Source: Terriglobales bacterium (GTDB lineage: Bacteria; Acidobacteriota; Terriglobia; Terriglobales; Acidobacteriaceae). From it: a stretch of DNA of 64,000 nucleotides. The notes below the pieces were generated by a model. It saw nothing but the letters and a program-made list of their open reading frames with translations. It ran no database searches and was not told the DNA's origin. This document shows, piece after piece, positions 45,501-54,924 of the stretch. The position numbers and the translations under genes were made by a program. Each line of letters opens with the position of its first letter. Within the stretch, counting starts at the first letter, position 1. The DNA is taken from contig JBAVUO010000074.1 in NCBI GenBank assembly GCA_049696815.1, positions 13,369 through 77,368 of the forward strand, read 5' to 3'.

Positions 45501-46676
45501 GTAGTCCACCGGAACCGTTCCCTGTTGCTCTTCTACCCATGCATATAATTCATTCCGCCCCGCGGCTGACAGCACGGCCAGCTGGCCCCGATAAATCGGG
45601 CAGGTCGTTGAATTCGAACCTGTCGGGCAATTGCCGGAGTTGATTCCGGAGTACGGCTGGGTCGCCAATGGACTCCAACTCACCCCATCGTTTGACGAGT
45701 ACATCCCGTGGCGGCGAATGAAGGCGTAAAAGGTCCCGTTCGTTCCCTGACTGGCGTTATAGACAACATCAGTTGCCGAAGACGGAACCGCATGGTCGGT
45801 AAGGGTGACGCGGTTCCAGGTCTGGCCGCCGTCCTGCGAGTAGTAGAGTCCCCGCGCGGTCGAGTTTCCATCTTCTTCCCGGCCGCGATTGAAACCAAGA
45901 TCGCCGGCGGCGGCCGCCACCACCAGGTTCGGGTTCTTACTGCTGAAAGCGATCTTGGTGAAGCCCAGCCCCAGGAAAGACTGGCCCGTTTGCGCCGAGG
46001 TGATTTGCTGCGGCCAGGTGATTCCACCGTCGGTCGAGCGCAGTATGCCGACCCCGTAATAGGAGTCGATGGCACTGTTCGCTTCGCCCGTTCCCACCAG
46101 AATGACGTTGGAATTGCCGGGCTGGATCGCAACCGCGCCCACCGCGAGCGATGGCTGATTGTCCAAAAGGGGCTGCCAGACCACCGCCCCCGGGCCGCTG
46201 GGATCGGCTCCGTTCACCGACTTCCACAGTCCTCCAAAGGCGCCACCCACGAACACCGTGTTCCCGGAGGTGTCGGCTGGATCCATGGCCACCGCGAGCG
46301 CTCGCCCGGAAACCAGGTTGTAGTCCTGCTGGAACCCGGCGTTCGAGTCCAGCGGGGCCGGTCCCAGCGCGGTCCAACCCGCAGAACCGGGCGCGGCCGG
46401 TTCCGCACCGCTTGCCGCCAAAGCGGCTTCGCGCTGGGCTCGCATCGCCATCTTTTGTTGATGCGCCCGCAGTCGCAGCGCCGCCCGCGATTCGCCTGGT
46501 GGCGCCGTGCGTCCATTGGCAAGCCACTGCTCGCGAAGATCGGGACGATCCTGGTCCTTCTCCTCGCCCGGATCGTAAGCCGATTTGACCTTCGATCCCT
46601 GGCCGAATGCGCTCGACAGGAAAGCCAGGAAGAGGATAGACAAGAAAACGAGCGCGCGCACACCTCGGCTGGCCAT
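42507..46676 (-). pseudogene. BNR/Asp-box beta-propeller + Ig-like-domain surface protein interrupted by one in-frame TAG (44649-44651)
   Basis: Track ORFs 44649..46676 (signal peptide, SxDxGxTW Asp-boxes) and 42507..44618 (further Asp-box WKTTNAGTSWSSF, Ig-like domains) share a frame. The junction reads ..LLVGTCRVW-[TAG]-GTTSGTGFTPLNSWSFDNTG... The second ORF has no signal peptide and only a TTG start. Confidence 0.55.
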
Positions 46677-47044
46677 GGCGGTAGAAGACGTCTCTGCGTT
46701 TCCTCACATTGTCCGGCCGCCCGCATACCCTGTCTGTGAGACCTGGCGGCCCCGATTGTGATGAATCCGTGCTGGACTCGTCCAAGCCAGCCACAGAAGA
46801 GGTAGCCAGTGCAAGAGGGTGAGGCGCGACAAGCCAGGAGGCAGCAGCTAGAGCGGAGTCCCAGAAGGTCTACCCGACGTCTCCGCTCTTCACCCGCCGT
46901 GCCCATTTTGTAGAGACGCAGCTTGCTGCGTCTCCTGTGTGCGCATTGCGGGCGGCTTCGGGTACAGTAACCGTGAATCCGCGCTAGTCGGCAGAAGCTC
47001 AAGCCCCAACTCAGTCCCCACGTGATCCGCTATACTATTTACTC

Positions 47045-47575
47045 ATGTCCGTGATCAAGAACATCGGCGCCATCGCCCAGGGTATGAGCATCACCTTCCG
47101 GGAGATGTTCCAGCCCACGATCGTCGAGAACTATCCCGACGGCCCGGGCGTGTTGAAGGGCGCGAAGTTTCAGGAACGCTTTCGGGGCATGCACGTCCTG
47201 CAGCGCGACGAAAACGGCCTGGAGAAGTGCGTGGCCTGCTTCCTGTGCGCTGCCGCCTGCCCCTCCAACTGCATCTACATCGAGGCGGCGGAGAACACGG
47301 CGGAGAGCCGCGTCTCCGGCGCGGAGCGCTACGCCAAGGTTTACAATATCGACTACAATCGATGTATCTTCTGCGGGTATTGCGTCGAGGCGTGCCCGAC
47401 CGATGCGATTACGCACGGTCACGGATTTGAGCTCGCAACTTTCAGCGCCAGCAACCTGATCTACCGCAAGGAACAGTTGTTGTCCATTGCACCGGCGCAT
47501 ATGGGAGCGAATGCCGTGTTTGGCAAAGCGGATACCGATGTGGGCGCTCCGGCGACGTCGCAGCAGGGAAGTTAA
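47045..47575 (+). CDS. nuoI: NADH-quinone oxidoreductase subunit I (2x[4Fe-4S])
   Basis: CVACFLCAAACP and CIFCGYCVEACP motifs in NuoI-type spacing (..YNIDYNRCIFCG..). No other nuo gene is in the window. Confidence 0.9.
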   Translation: MSVIKNIGAIAQGMSITFREMFQPTIVENYPDGPGVLKGAKFQERFRGMHVLQRDENGLEKCVACFLCAAACPSNCIYIEAAENTAESRVSGAERYAKVYNIDYNRCIFCGYCVEACPTDAITHGHGFELATFSASNLIYRKEQLLSIAPAHMGANAVFGKADTDVGAPATSQQGS

Positions 47576-47647
47576 CGCGATTCGGTTTTGGAATTCTGGA
47601 TTATGAACTGCGCGCCGGTCCTCGCGGGCCGGCGTTTGTGCATGAAC

Positions 47648-47770
47648 CGTCGTTGGTCGTTTGTCGCCGGTCGTTCGCCATTCGCTTAAAGAAGCGTAAT
47701 GAGCAGCTAACCGCGAAAAGCGAACGACGAACAGCGAACGACTAACGACCATCGACCATCGACCAACGAC
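47648..47770. repeat. family-B palindromic repeat
   Basis: CGTCGTTGGTCGTTTGTCGCCGGTCGTTCGCC ... GCGAACGACGAACAGCGAACGACTAACGACCATCGACCATCGACCAACGAC. It ends 2 nt before the metH ATG. Confidence 0.7.
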
Positions 47771-47772
47771 TG

Positions 47773-50700
47773 ATGCCTGACTTTCTCCAAACCGTAGCCG
47801 ACCGGGTCGTCGTCTATGACGGCGCCATGGGCACCAACATCCAGTTGCGCCAGCCCACGGTAGACGATTTCCGGGGCAAGGAAGGTTGCAACGAAATTTT
47901 GGTCCTCAGCCGTCCAGACATAATCAAAGACATTCACGCCTCGTTCCTCGCGGCCGGCTGCGACGTGATCGAAACCGACACCTTCGGGGCCACGCGCGTG
48001 GTGCTGGCCGAATACGATCTCGATGATAAGGTCGCTGAAATCAACCTCGCCGCCGCGCGCATCGCCAAGCAAGTTGCGCACCAATTTTCCACCAAAGACA
48101 AGCCGCGCTTCGTTGCCGGATCGATTGGCCCCACCACCAAGCTGCCTTCGCTCGGACACATCAAATTCGATGCCATGGCGCTCGCCTTCGAAGAGCAGGC
48201 GGCGGCCCTGATCGAAGGCGGCGTGGACGTGCTGCTGATCGAAACTTCGCAGGATCTGCTGCAGGCCAAGGCCGCGCTGGCTGGCGTGTTTGATGCCATG
48301 CAGAAAGCCGGCAAGCGGCTGCCGGTGACCGTGCAGGTCACGCTTGAAGCCACCGGCACCATGCTGCTCGGCACCGAGATCGGCGCGGCGCTGACCGCGC
48401 TCGAGCCCTACGACGTGGACGTGATCGGGCTGAACTGTGCAACCGGTCCGGCGGAGATGAATGACGCCGTCCGCTTTCTCGGACTGAATTCGACCAAGCA
48501 TGTCTCCGTGCTGCCCAACGCCGGGCTGCCGCAGAACGTTGGCGGACAAGCGGTGTACAAGCTCACGCCCGAGGAACTGGCGAAGTACCACAAGCACTTT
48601 GTCGCCGATTATGGTGTGCGCATCGTGGGCGGCTGCTGCGGCACTCGGCCTGAGCATCTGAAGGCGGTGGTCGAAGCGGTCAGCGGCGTGGAGCCCGGAA
48701 AAAGGGAAGTGAAGCCGGCGGGCGCGGCTTCGAGCGCGTACACTTCGGTGCCGCTTGATCTTGAGCCCAAGCCGCTGATCGTAGCGGAAGAAATGAACAC
48801 TACCACGCGCGTTGAGCATTTCCGCAACCTGGTGCGCGCCAAGAAATATGACGACATCCTGGCGCTCGCGAAAAAACTGGCGAACCAAGGCTCGCACATG
48901 CTCGACCTGTGCTGCGCCATCGTCGGCGAGGACGAGAAGGGCTACATCAGTTCGATTCTGGAAAAGATCGCGACCCGCGTTCCGGCGCCGATCCTTGTCG
49001 ATTCGACCGAAGCCGACGTGGTCGAAGAGGCGCTGAAGCGCATTCCCGGCAAGGCCATCATCAACTCCATCAATCTGGAAGACGGCGAGAAGCGGACGTC
49101 CAAAGTCCTGCCCATGGCGAAGCGCTACGGCGCGGCCGTCATAGCCCTGACCATTGACGAAGAGGGCATGGCGCTCACCGCCGACAGAAAAGTTGCGATA
49201 GCGCAACGCATTTTCGATTTGGCCACGAAGAAGTACGGCATCCGCCCCGTCGACCTCATCTTCGACGCGCTCACGCTGCCGATCTCAACCGGGCAGGAAG
49301 AGTACCGCACCGCCGGCATTGAGACGCTGAAAGCGGTCGAGCGGATCAAGCAGGAACTTCCTGAGGTCAAGACCGTGCTGGGCGTGAGCAACATCAGCTT
49401 CGGGCTGGACGCTTATCCGCGACGCGTGTTGAACTCGGTGTTCCTGCACGAGGCGGTCGAACACGGGCTCGATATCGCCATCGTCAATTACAGCAAGATC
49501 TATCCGTTATACAAAATTCCTCAAGAAGAAGTTGACCTTGCTCGCCGGCTGATTTACCGCGACGAAGCAAACGGCGATCCGCTGCAGATCTACATGCGGC
49601 ACTTCACGGGAGTGAAAGGCAAGCCGCAGGCGCAGACCGCGGCGCAGGTCGAAACTCTTTCGGTCGAAGACAAGCTGGAGTACGCCATCATCAATGGCGA
49701 AAAGTCGGTGGGCGAAGGCAGCCGGATGCGCAGCCTTGAACAATTGCTGGAAGAAGCGCTCGGGCAGTACTCGCCGCTCGACCTGATCAACACCGTCCTG
49801 CTCGGCGCCATGCGCACGGTGGGCGACCTGTTTGGCGCGCGCAAAATGCAACTGCCCTCGGTGCTCGATTCGGCGGCGGTGATGAAGGCGGCGGTCGCCT
49901 ACCTGGAGCCCCGGATGGAGAAGAAAGCCGGCTCGCAGAAGGGCACGATTGTGCTGGCGACGGTGAAAGGCGACGTCCACGATATCGGGAAGAACCTGGT
50001 GGACATTATCCTCACGAACAATGGATTCAAGGTCGTCAATCTTGGAATCAAGCAGCCGGGCGACGTCATCATCCGCGCCGCGCAGGAGCACAACGCCGAC
50101 GCCATCGGGCTGAGCGGGTTGCTGGTGAAGTCCACGCTCGAGATGAAGTACGTCATCCAGAACCTGGAGCGGCAAAAGCTGGAATACCCGGTGATCTGCG
50201 GCGGTGCGGCGCTGACGCGGAAGTACGTGGAAGACGATCTTCGGCGCCAGTATTCGCATGCCGTGTTCTACGGCGAAGACGCCTTCGCCGGGCTGCACGT
50301 GATGGAGGACCTGGCCGCCGCCGATGGGCCGCGCGCGGCCCGGCTGCAAGAAGGAAAGACGGTCAAAGAATATGCGAAAGCCGCGGCCGTCGATGAGGAG
50401 ATCGGCCCGGTTTTTGCCGAGCGCAGCCCGGTGGTGACGGACGCGCCCAACATTCCCGCCCCGCCGTTCTGGGGCGTGCGCGTGCGCAAAGATTACGATC
50501 TGCGCGAAATTTTCCAGTACGTCAACGATACCGCGCTGTTCAAGAACCAGTGGCAATTGAAGACCGCGTCACAGGAAGACTACGCGCGATTGGTCGAGGA
50601 GAAGTACCTTCCGATCAAGAAGAAACTGGAAGAAGAAGTTCTGGCTGGCGGGCTATTCGAGCCGAAAGTCGTCTATGGATACTTCCCTTCGCAGGCTGAG

Positions 50701-51294
50701 GGGAATGATGTAATTGTGTATGAACCGGAAGATCCTAACCACAGAGGTCCCTTCGACTTAGCTCAGGGCAGGCTCCGGGGAGCACAGGGGAAAGAACTCG
50801 TCCGCTTCACTTTCCCTCGCCAGAAAGAAGGCCGCAGGCTCTCGATCGCTGACTTTCTTGCCCCAAAATCATCCGGCAAGACGGACGTGATCGGGATCTC
50901 GCTGGTGACCATTGGCCCGAGAGCCACCGAGGAGTCGCAGCGGCTCTTCGAGAACGGCGAGTACACGCGCTATCTCTACCTGCACGGGTTGAGCGTGGAA
51001 ACGGCCGAGGCGCTGGCCGAGTATCACCACAAGAAGATGCGCGAGGAACTCGGCATCGCCGGAAACGACGCCCCGCATATCCGCGACCTGTTCCACCAGA
51101 AGTATCGCGGTTCGCGCTATTCCTTCGGATACCCCGCGTGTCCCCACCTGGAAGACCAGACCAAGCTTTTCGCGCTCCTGCATCCCGAAGAGAATGTCGG
51201 CGTGCGCCTGACCTCCGGATTCCTGCTGGAGCCGGAGCAGTCCACGTCGGCGATTGTGGTGCATCATCCGGCGGCTAAGTATTTTGTGGTGTAG
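47773..51294 (+). CDS. metH: cobalamin-dependent methionine synthase
   Basis: 1173 aa with Hcy-binding, pterin-binding, B12-binding (GDVHDIGKN) and AdoMet-activation (PGYPACP-like FGYPACPHLEDQ) modules. The antisense ORFs 47707..49206 and 49507..50556 are shadows. Confidence 0.95.
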   Translation: MPDFLQTVADRVVVYDGAMGTNIQLRQPTVDDFRGKEGCNEILVLSRPDIIKDIHASFLAAGCDVIETDTFGATRVVLAEYDLDDKVAEINLAAARIAKQVAHQFSTKDKPRFVAGSIGPTTKLPSLGHIKFDAMALAFEEQAAALIEGGVDVLLIETSQDLLQAKAALAGVFDAMQKAGKRLPVTVQVTLEATGTMLLGTEIGAALTALEPYDVDVIGLNCATGPAEMNDAVRFLGLNSTKHVSVLPNAGLPQNVGGQAVYKLTPEELAKYHKHFVADYGVRIVGGCCGTRPEHLKAVVEAVSGVEPGKREVKPAGAASSAYTSVPLDLEPKPLIVAEEMNTTTRVEHFRNLVRAKKYDDILALAKKLANQGSHMLDLCCAIVGEDEKGYISSILEKIATRVPAPILVDSTEADVVEEALKRIPGKAIINSINLEDGEKRTSKVLPMAKRYGAAVIALTIDEEGMALTADRKVAIAQRIFDLATKKYGIRPVDLIFDALTLPISTGQEEYRTAGIETLKAVERIKQELPEVKTVLGVSNISFGLDAYPRRVLNSVFLHEAVEHGLDIAIVNYSKIYPLYKIPQEEVDLARRLIYRDEANGDPLQIYMRHFTGVKGKPQAQTAAQVETLSVEDKLEYAIINGEKSVGEGSRMRSLEQLLEEALGQYSPLDLINTVLLGAMRTVGDLFGARKMQLPSVLDSAAVMKAAVAYLEPRMEKKAGSQKGTIVLATVKGDVHDIGKNLVDIILTNNGFKVVNLGIKQPGDVIIRAAQEHNADAIGLSGLLVKSTLEMKYVIQNLERQKLEYPVICGGAALTRKYVEDDLRRQYSHAVFYGEDAFAGLHVMEDLAAADGPRAARLQEGKTVKEYAKAAAVDEEIGPVFAERSPVVTDAPNIPAPPFWGVRVRKDYDLREIFQYVNDTALFKNQWQLKTASQEDYARLVEEKYLPIKKKLEEEVLAGGLFEPKVVYGYFPSQAEGNDVIVYEPEDPNHRGPFDLAQGRLRGAQGKELVRFTFPRQKEGRRLSIADFLAPKSSGKTDVIGISLVTIGPRATEESQRLFENGEYTRYLYLHGLSVETAEALAEYHHKKMREELGIAGNDAPHIRDLFHQKYRGSRYSFGYPACPHLEDQTKLFALLHPEENVGVRLTSGFLLEPEQSTSAIVVHHPAAKYFVV

Positions 51295-51333
51295 GGGAGC
51301 GGTTCACCGCCGAGACGCGGAGAGCGCCGAGCT

Positions 51334-51365
51334 TTTGTAATTGGCGATTTGTAATTGGTAATTGA
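51334..51365. repeat. family-C AT-rich repeat (GTAATTGG/TTTGTAA units)
   Basis: TTTGTAATTGGCGATTTGTAATTGGTAATTGA. It is related to 53908-53937 and to the ends of the 42215-42500 element. Confidence 0.55.
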
Positions 51366-51393
51366 GGGCCTCCTACGGGCTGTGCAAGGAAGT

Positions 51394-51492
51394 TCATAGG
51401 TTGCCATTCAGTTCAACTCCAACTCTTTCGGCGGCCTTGGTCAGCCCGAGGCCGCGCTTGGAAACAACGTCGGTGGCCAGCAGAGACCACTC
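51394..51492 (-). pseudogene. possible remnant of a VapC (PIN) toxin gene, about 33 codons
   Basis: Directly after the antitoxin stop, one frame reads ..WSLLATDVVSKRGLGLTKAAERVGVELNGNL*. Compare the VapC N-terminus (M)xLLDTNVVSE. There is no in-frame start, and the ORF ends at the family-C repeat. Confidence 0.3.
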
Positions 51493-51763
51493 ACAATTTC
51501 GTCTTCCGGCCGAAGGCTGGGTTACGTTCGAGGTCGATTCCAGAGCCGACTAGCGGAGACTCGGCGAAGAATTGGACCAGGCTCGTTTTGCGGTTCCGCC
51601 GTTCCAGCCGCTCAAATTCTTCAGCGGCGATCACCACGACGGTTTCTTTGCCTTGCCGAGTGACGTACTGCGGTCCTTCGCTGCGGGCGCGCCGGAAGAG
51701 TTCGCTGAAACGCGCCTCGGCGTTCTGGACTTGCCAGCGGTTTTCTCCTGTCTTCATGAACAA
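51491..51763 (-). CDS. type II antitoxin, Phd/YefM-type (VapB-like)
   Basis: WQVQNAEARFSELFRRARSEGPQYVTRQGKETVVVIAAEEFERL matches the Phd/YefM-fold antitoxins that pair with VapC. Confidence 0.75.
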   Translation of the reverse strand: MFMKTGENRWQVQNAEARFSELFRRARSEGPQYVTRQGKETVVVIAAEEFERLERRNRKTSLVQFFAESPLVGSGIDLERNPAFGRKTKL

Positions 51764-51838
51764 CCCGGACCTCCTTCATAACCGTAGCACAGGATTCCGT
51801 TCAACTCGGTGCCCCCCAAGCGAAGCTCCACTGTCCGA

Positions 51839-52744
51839 TTACTTCGGTTCGCGTGTGAGCAGTTCGAGCTCTTCCGGCGTTCTGGGCCAGTCTTCGCGCA
51901 GCAGACGGGAGAGGGCGCGGTCGGCGAGCAGCTTGCCTCCGGTCTGACAGTCGGGACAGTAGTTGGTTTCGTTGGCGGCGTAACGAATGCGCTGAACTTT
52001 CGCGCCACAGCGCGGACAGGGCTCTTTGTAGCGGCCGTGAACCGCCATGCCGTCGCGGAACGCGGTGACTTTCTCGGGGAATCCGTCGCCTGACTCGCGC
52101 CGCAAACGGTCGATCCATTCGGCCAGGCTGGTGCGCACCGCCGTGAATAGCCGCTCGATCTCTTCCGGCCTGAGCTTTTTCGTCAACGCGAGGGGGGAGA
52201 GCCGCGCGGCAAAAAGAATCTCGTCGGAATAGGCGTTGCCGATACCGCTGAAGAGCCGGGGATCGGTGAGAGCGCGCTTCAGGGTGTGATTGGCCGATGT
52301 GAGAACTGTGGCGAAGTGCGCCAGATCGGTTTCGAAAACCTCCAGTCCGCCCGGATCGAGCTCACGCAGCCCCGCTTCTCCTGCGACCACGTGGAGCGAA
52401 GCGCGCTTGCGAGAGCCAGCCTCGGTCCAGAGCAAAGTTCCGCCGGCAAAGTCGAAGGCAGCCAGGCCGCGGGGCGGCGAAACTTTGGCGCCGCGTTTCT
52501 TCCAGTGAAGCCGGCCGGCGATCATCAGATGCAGCACCAGCCAAAGATCCTCTTCGAGGCCGATGCAAATGCGCTTCCCCATCCGGCGTAGTTGAACAAC
52601 GGCTTTACCTTCCACGCCCGTGATGGGCGGCGCGACCGTCCGCAATAAGAAGGGGCTGGCGATACGCACGTGTTCGAGGGTCTGAGCGAGAATGCGTTTC
52701 TCGATCGCCTCGAGATAGACGACGATGTCGGGCAGTTCGGGCAC
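51839..52744 (-). CDS. Fpg/Nei-family DNA glycosylase / AP lyase
   Basis: N-terminal [10 protein letters not shown] (catalytic Pro2/Glu3), an H2TH region, and a C-terminal zinc finger [25 protein letters not shown]. Confidence 0.85.
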   Translation of the reverse strand: MPELPDIVVYLEAIEKRILAQTLEHVRIASPFLLRTVAPPITGVEGKAVVQLRRMGKRICIGLEEDLWLVLHLMIAGRLHWKKRGAKVSPPRGLAAFDFAGGTLLWTEAGSRKRASLHVVAGEAGLRELDPGGLEVFETDLAHFATVLTSANHTLKRALTDPRLFSGIGNAYSDEILFAARLSPLALTKKLRPEEIERLFTAVRTSLAEWIDRLRRESGDGFPEKVTAFRDGMAVHGRYKEPCPRCGAKVQRIRYAANETNYCPDCQTGGKLLADRALSRLLREDWPRTPEELELLTREPK

Positions 52745-52949
52745 TGGCGTGGGCCTGGCAGCAAGGCCCTGACAATCCTACATCGGGTGGGAGGCCGGCA
52801 CGCGAAGTGGTATGCGGCAAGGTTCCTGGCGCCGTCCCATTCTGCCGCGAGCGCGGTAGAATCCACCTTCGACCATTCGTTCCTGCCTGAGCAGCGGATG
52901 GCGGGCCGGAACGCGATAGCAAAAACTGGAGACGCAGGAGACGGCTGGC

Positions 52950-53906
52950 ATGGCACGAAACTTCAAGGAGTTATCGGAACGCGAGATTCTGGCGCTGGCG
53001 GTTTCGCTGGAAGAGGAAGATGGGCGCATCTATGCCGATTTCGCCGACGGCTTGCGCGAAGACTATCCGGCCACCGCGAAACTGTTCGAGGAGATGCGCG
53101 AAGAGGAGTCGGGACACCGCGCCGCGCTGATTCAGACCTACCGCGAGCGCTTTGGCGAGCACATTCCGCTGATCCGGCGGCAGGACGTGAAGGGATTCGT
53201 GCAGCGGCGTCCGTTCTGGCTGACGCGTCCGCTGAAGATCGCTGAAGTGCGCAAGCAGGCCGAGATCATGGAGCTGGAGACGCGCCGGTTCTACCAGAAG
53301 GCCATCACCCAGGTGAGCGATGCTGGCATTCGCAAGCTGTTAGGAGACTTAGAGGAGGTGGAGCGCAAACACCAGGTGGCGGCCGAAGCGCTGGAGGCGG
53401 AGATTACGCCCGATGTGGAGAAGTCGGAAGAAGAAGCACAGCGCAGGCTGTTTGTGCTGCAGATTGTGCAGCCCGGGCTGGCCGGGCTGATGGATGGCTC
53501 GGTTTCGACTCTGGCCCCGGTGTTTGCGGCGGCGTTCGCGACCAAGAGCAGTCACGACGCTTTCCTGGTTGGACTGGCCGCGTCGATCGGCGCGGGCATT
53601 TCGATGGCGTTCGCCGAGGCGCTCTCCGATGACGGGTCGCTGACGGGCCGAGGGCGTCCCGTGCTGCGGGGCGCGGTCACTGGATTAATGACGACTGCCG
53701 GCGGGATTGGCCACACGCTGCCGTTCCTGATCCCTGATTTTCACGTTGCGTTCATCGCTGCCGTCATCATCGTTGCACTGGAGTTGGGAGCAATTGCGTG
53801 GATCCGGAACCGTTACATGGATACGCCGCTGCTCTCGGCGGCGTTTCAGGTGGTGGTCGGAGGGGTGCTGGTATTTATCGCGGGGATATGGATTGGGAGC
53901 TCGTAG
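52950..53906 (+). CDS. VIT1/CCC1-family iron transporter with N-terminal ferritin-like (erythrin) domain
   Basis: [34 protein letters not shown] (di-iron helices) followed by [36 protein letters not shown] (VIT). Confidence 0.85.
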   Translation: MARNFKELSEREILALAVSLEEEDGRIYADFADGLREDYPATAKLFEEMREEESGHRAALIQTYRERFGEHIPLIRRQDVKGFVQRRPFWLTRPLKIAEVRKQAEIMELETRRFYQKAITQVSDAGIRKLLGDLEEVERKHQVAAEALEAEITPDVEKSEEEAQRRLFVLQIVQPGLAGLMDGSVSTLAPVFAAAFATKSSHDAFLVGLAASIGAGISMAFAEALSDDGSLTGRGRPVLRGAVTGLMTTAGGIGHTLPFLIPDFHVAFIAAVIIVALELGAIAWIRNRYMDTPLLSAAFQVVVGGVLVFIAGIWIGSS

Positions 53907-53907
53907 G

Positions 53908-53937
53908 GAATTGGTAATTTTGTAAATTGGCAATTTG
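53908..53937. repeat. family-C AT-rich repeat
   Basis: GAATTGGTAATTTTGTAAATTGGCAATTTG, immediately after the VIT stop. Confidence 0.55.
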
Positions 53938-54202
53938 AACGAGTTCGTGGCGCGGGCATTCCCGCCCGCGTCTCCGCTGCTCCTCGGAAGTTACGCGGGC
54001 AAGAATGCCCGCGCCACACCTGCTTGGTCGTCATCTGGTCCTGATCGTAATACTCCATATGCGCGAACATCGGCTCCGAGCGACGTTCTATTCCTTGGCC
54101 ATGACCAAAGGTCAACGAACCCTCACCCACCGAGAGATCGAAGTTAACGGAAGCTGTTGAAAAAAGCCGTTGAAAAATGAATCGCCAGTGCGGTATCTTG
54201 CC

Positions 54203-54217
54203 TTGACTTGGAGTCAA
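54203..54217. promoter_or_regulatory. perfect 6-3-6 palindrome, candidate TetR operator
   Basis: TTGACTTGGAGTCAA ends 3 nt before the probable tetR ATG (54220). Confidence 0.35.
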
Positions 54218-54219
54218 TC

Positions 54220-54924
54220 ATGGACGGAATCGCCAGCAGTCTGGCCAAACCCGCGCAACTCCGGCGCGATGCCAAGGCACGTCCCCGTTCGGAGGCCAAA
54301 CGGGCCCGCATCGTGGCGACTGCCATCCGGCATTTTGCCGAGCACGGCTACAGCGCGGCGAGGGTAGAAGATATTGCCGCCGACCTCGGCATCGCCAAAG
54401 GGTCGGTATTCCAGCATTTCAAGAGCAAAGACGGGTTGTTTTTCGAAGCCTACAAAAGTGCGGTCCACTCTTTTCCAAAGTACATGGAAGCGCCCGAAGA
54501 GGCTATGAAGCAGGGCTTTTTCGCGGTGCTGCGCTACTGGCTCGGGCGCAGCGAACGGATGGTCCGCGACAACTGGGCGTCGTACCGCATTTATCTGATC
54601 GGCAATTACGGAACAGATCTGGCGCTGCGTCGCGAGATTAACCGCTTCCTGGTGGCGGAAGACCCCTACGGATGGAACGAGTTTGTGCGCTACGGTGTGA
54701 CCCGCGGCGAACTGCGCCAGGATCTCGACGCCGAGATGATCGGCTCGATCCTGGAGTGGACGATCGACCGCTTCCAGGACGCGCTGCTGACCGAAGAACT
54801 CGACCCCGGCCTGTTTCGCAAGCAGGGGCCGGTGCCGGAAAGGAAGGAAGCCCGCATCCAGCAGTTTCTGGATGTGCTGCGGCGGGCGATCGGATCGGAG
54901 AAAGTTCAAGTTTCAGGAAAATGA
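54220..54924 (+). CDS. TetR/AcrR-family transcriptional regulator
   Basis: HTH block RIVATAIRHFAEHGYSAARVEDIAADLGIAKGSVFQHFKSKDGLF. The track start is 54208 (TTG), but ATG at 54220 is more likely. Confidence 0.85.
   Translation: MDGIASSLAKPAQLRRDAKARPRSEAKRARIVATAIRHFAEHGYSAARVEDIAADLGIAKGSVFQHFKSKDGLFFEAYKSAVHSFPKYMEAPEEAMKQGFFAVLRYWLGRSERMVRDNWASYRIYLIGNYGTDLALRREINRFLVAEDPYGWNEFVRYGVTRGELRQDLDAEMIGSILEWTIDRFQDALLTEELDPGLFRKQGPVPERKEARIQQFLDVLRRAIGSEKVQVSGK

Noticed and set aside
47707-50556. 499-aa and 349-aa - ORFs inside metH.
   Set aside because: MetH on the + strand is certain, so these are antisense shadows.
54672-54920. N-terminal 83-codon extension of the Rieske oxygenase ORF, as listed in the track.
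   Set aside because: The extension overlaps the TetR gene in another frame and is Arg/Pro/Gly-rich. The ATG at 54921, overlapping the tetR stop, gives a normal Rieske N-terminus.
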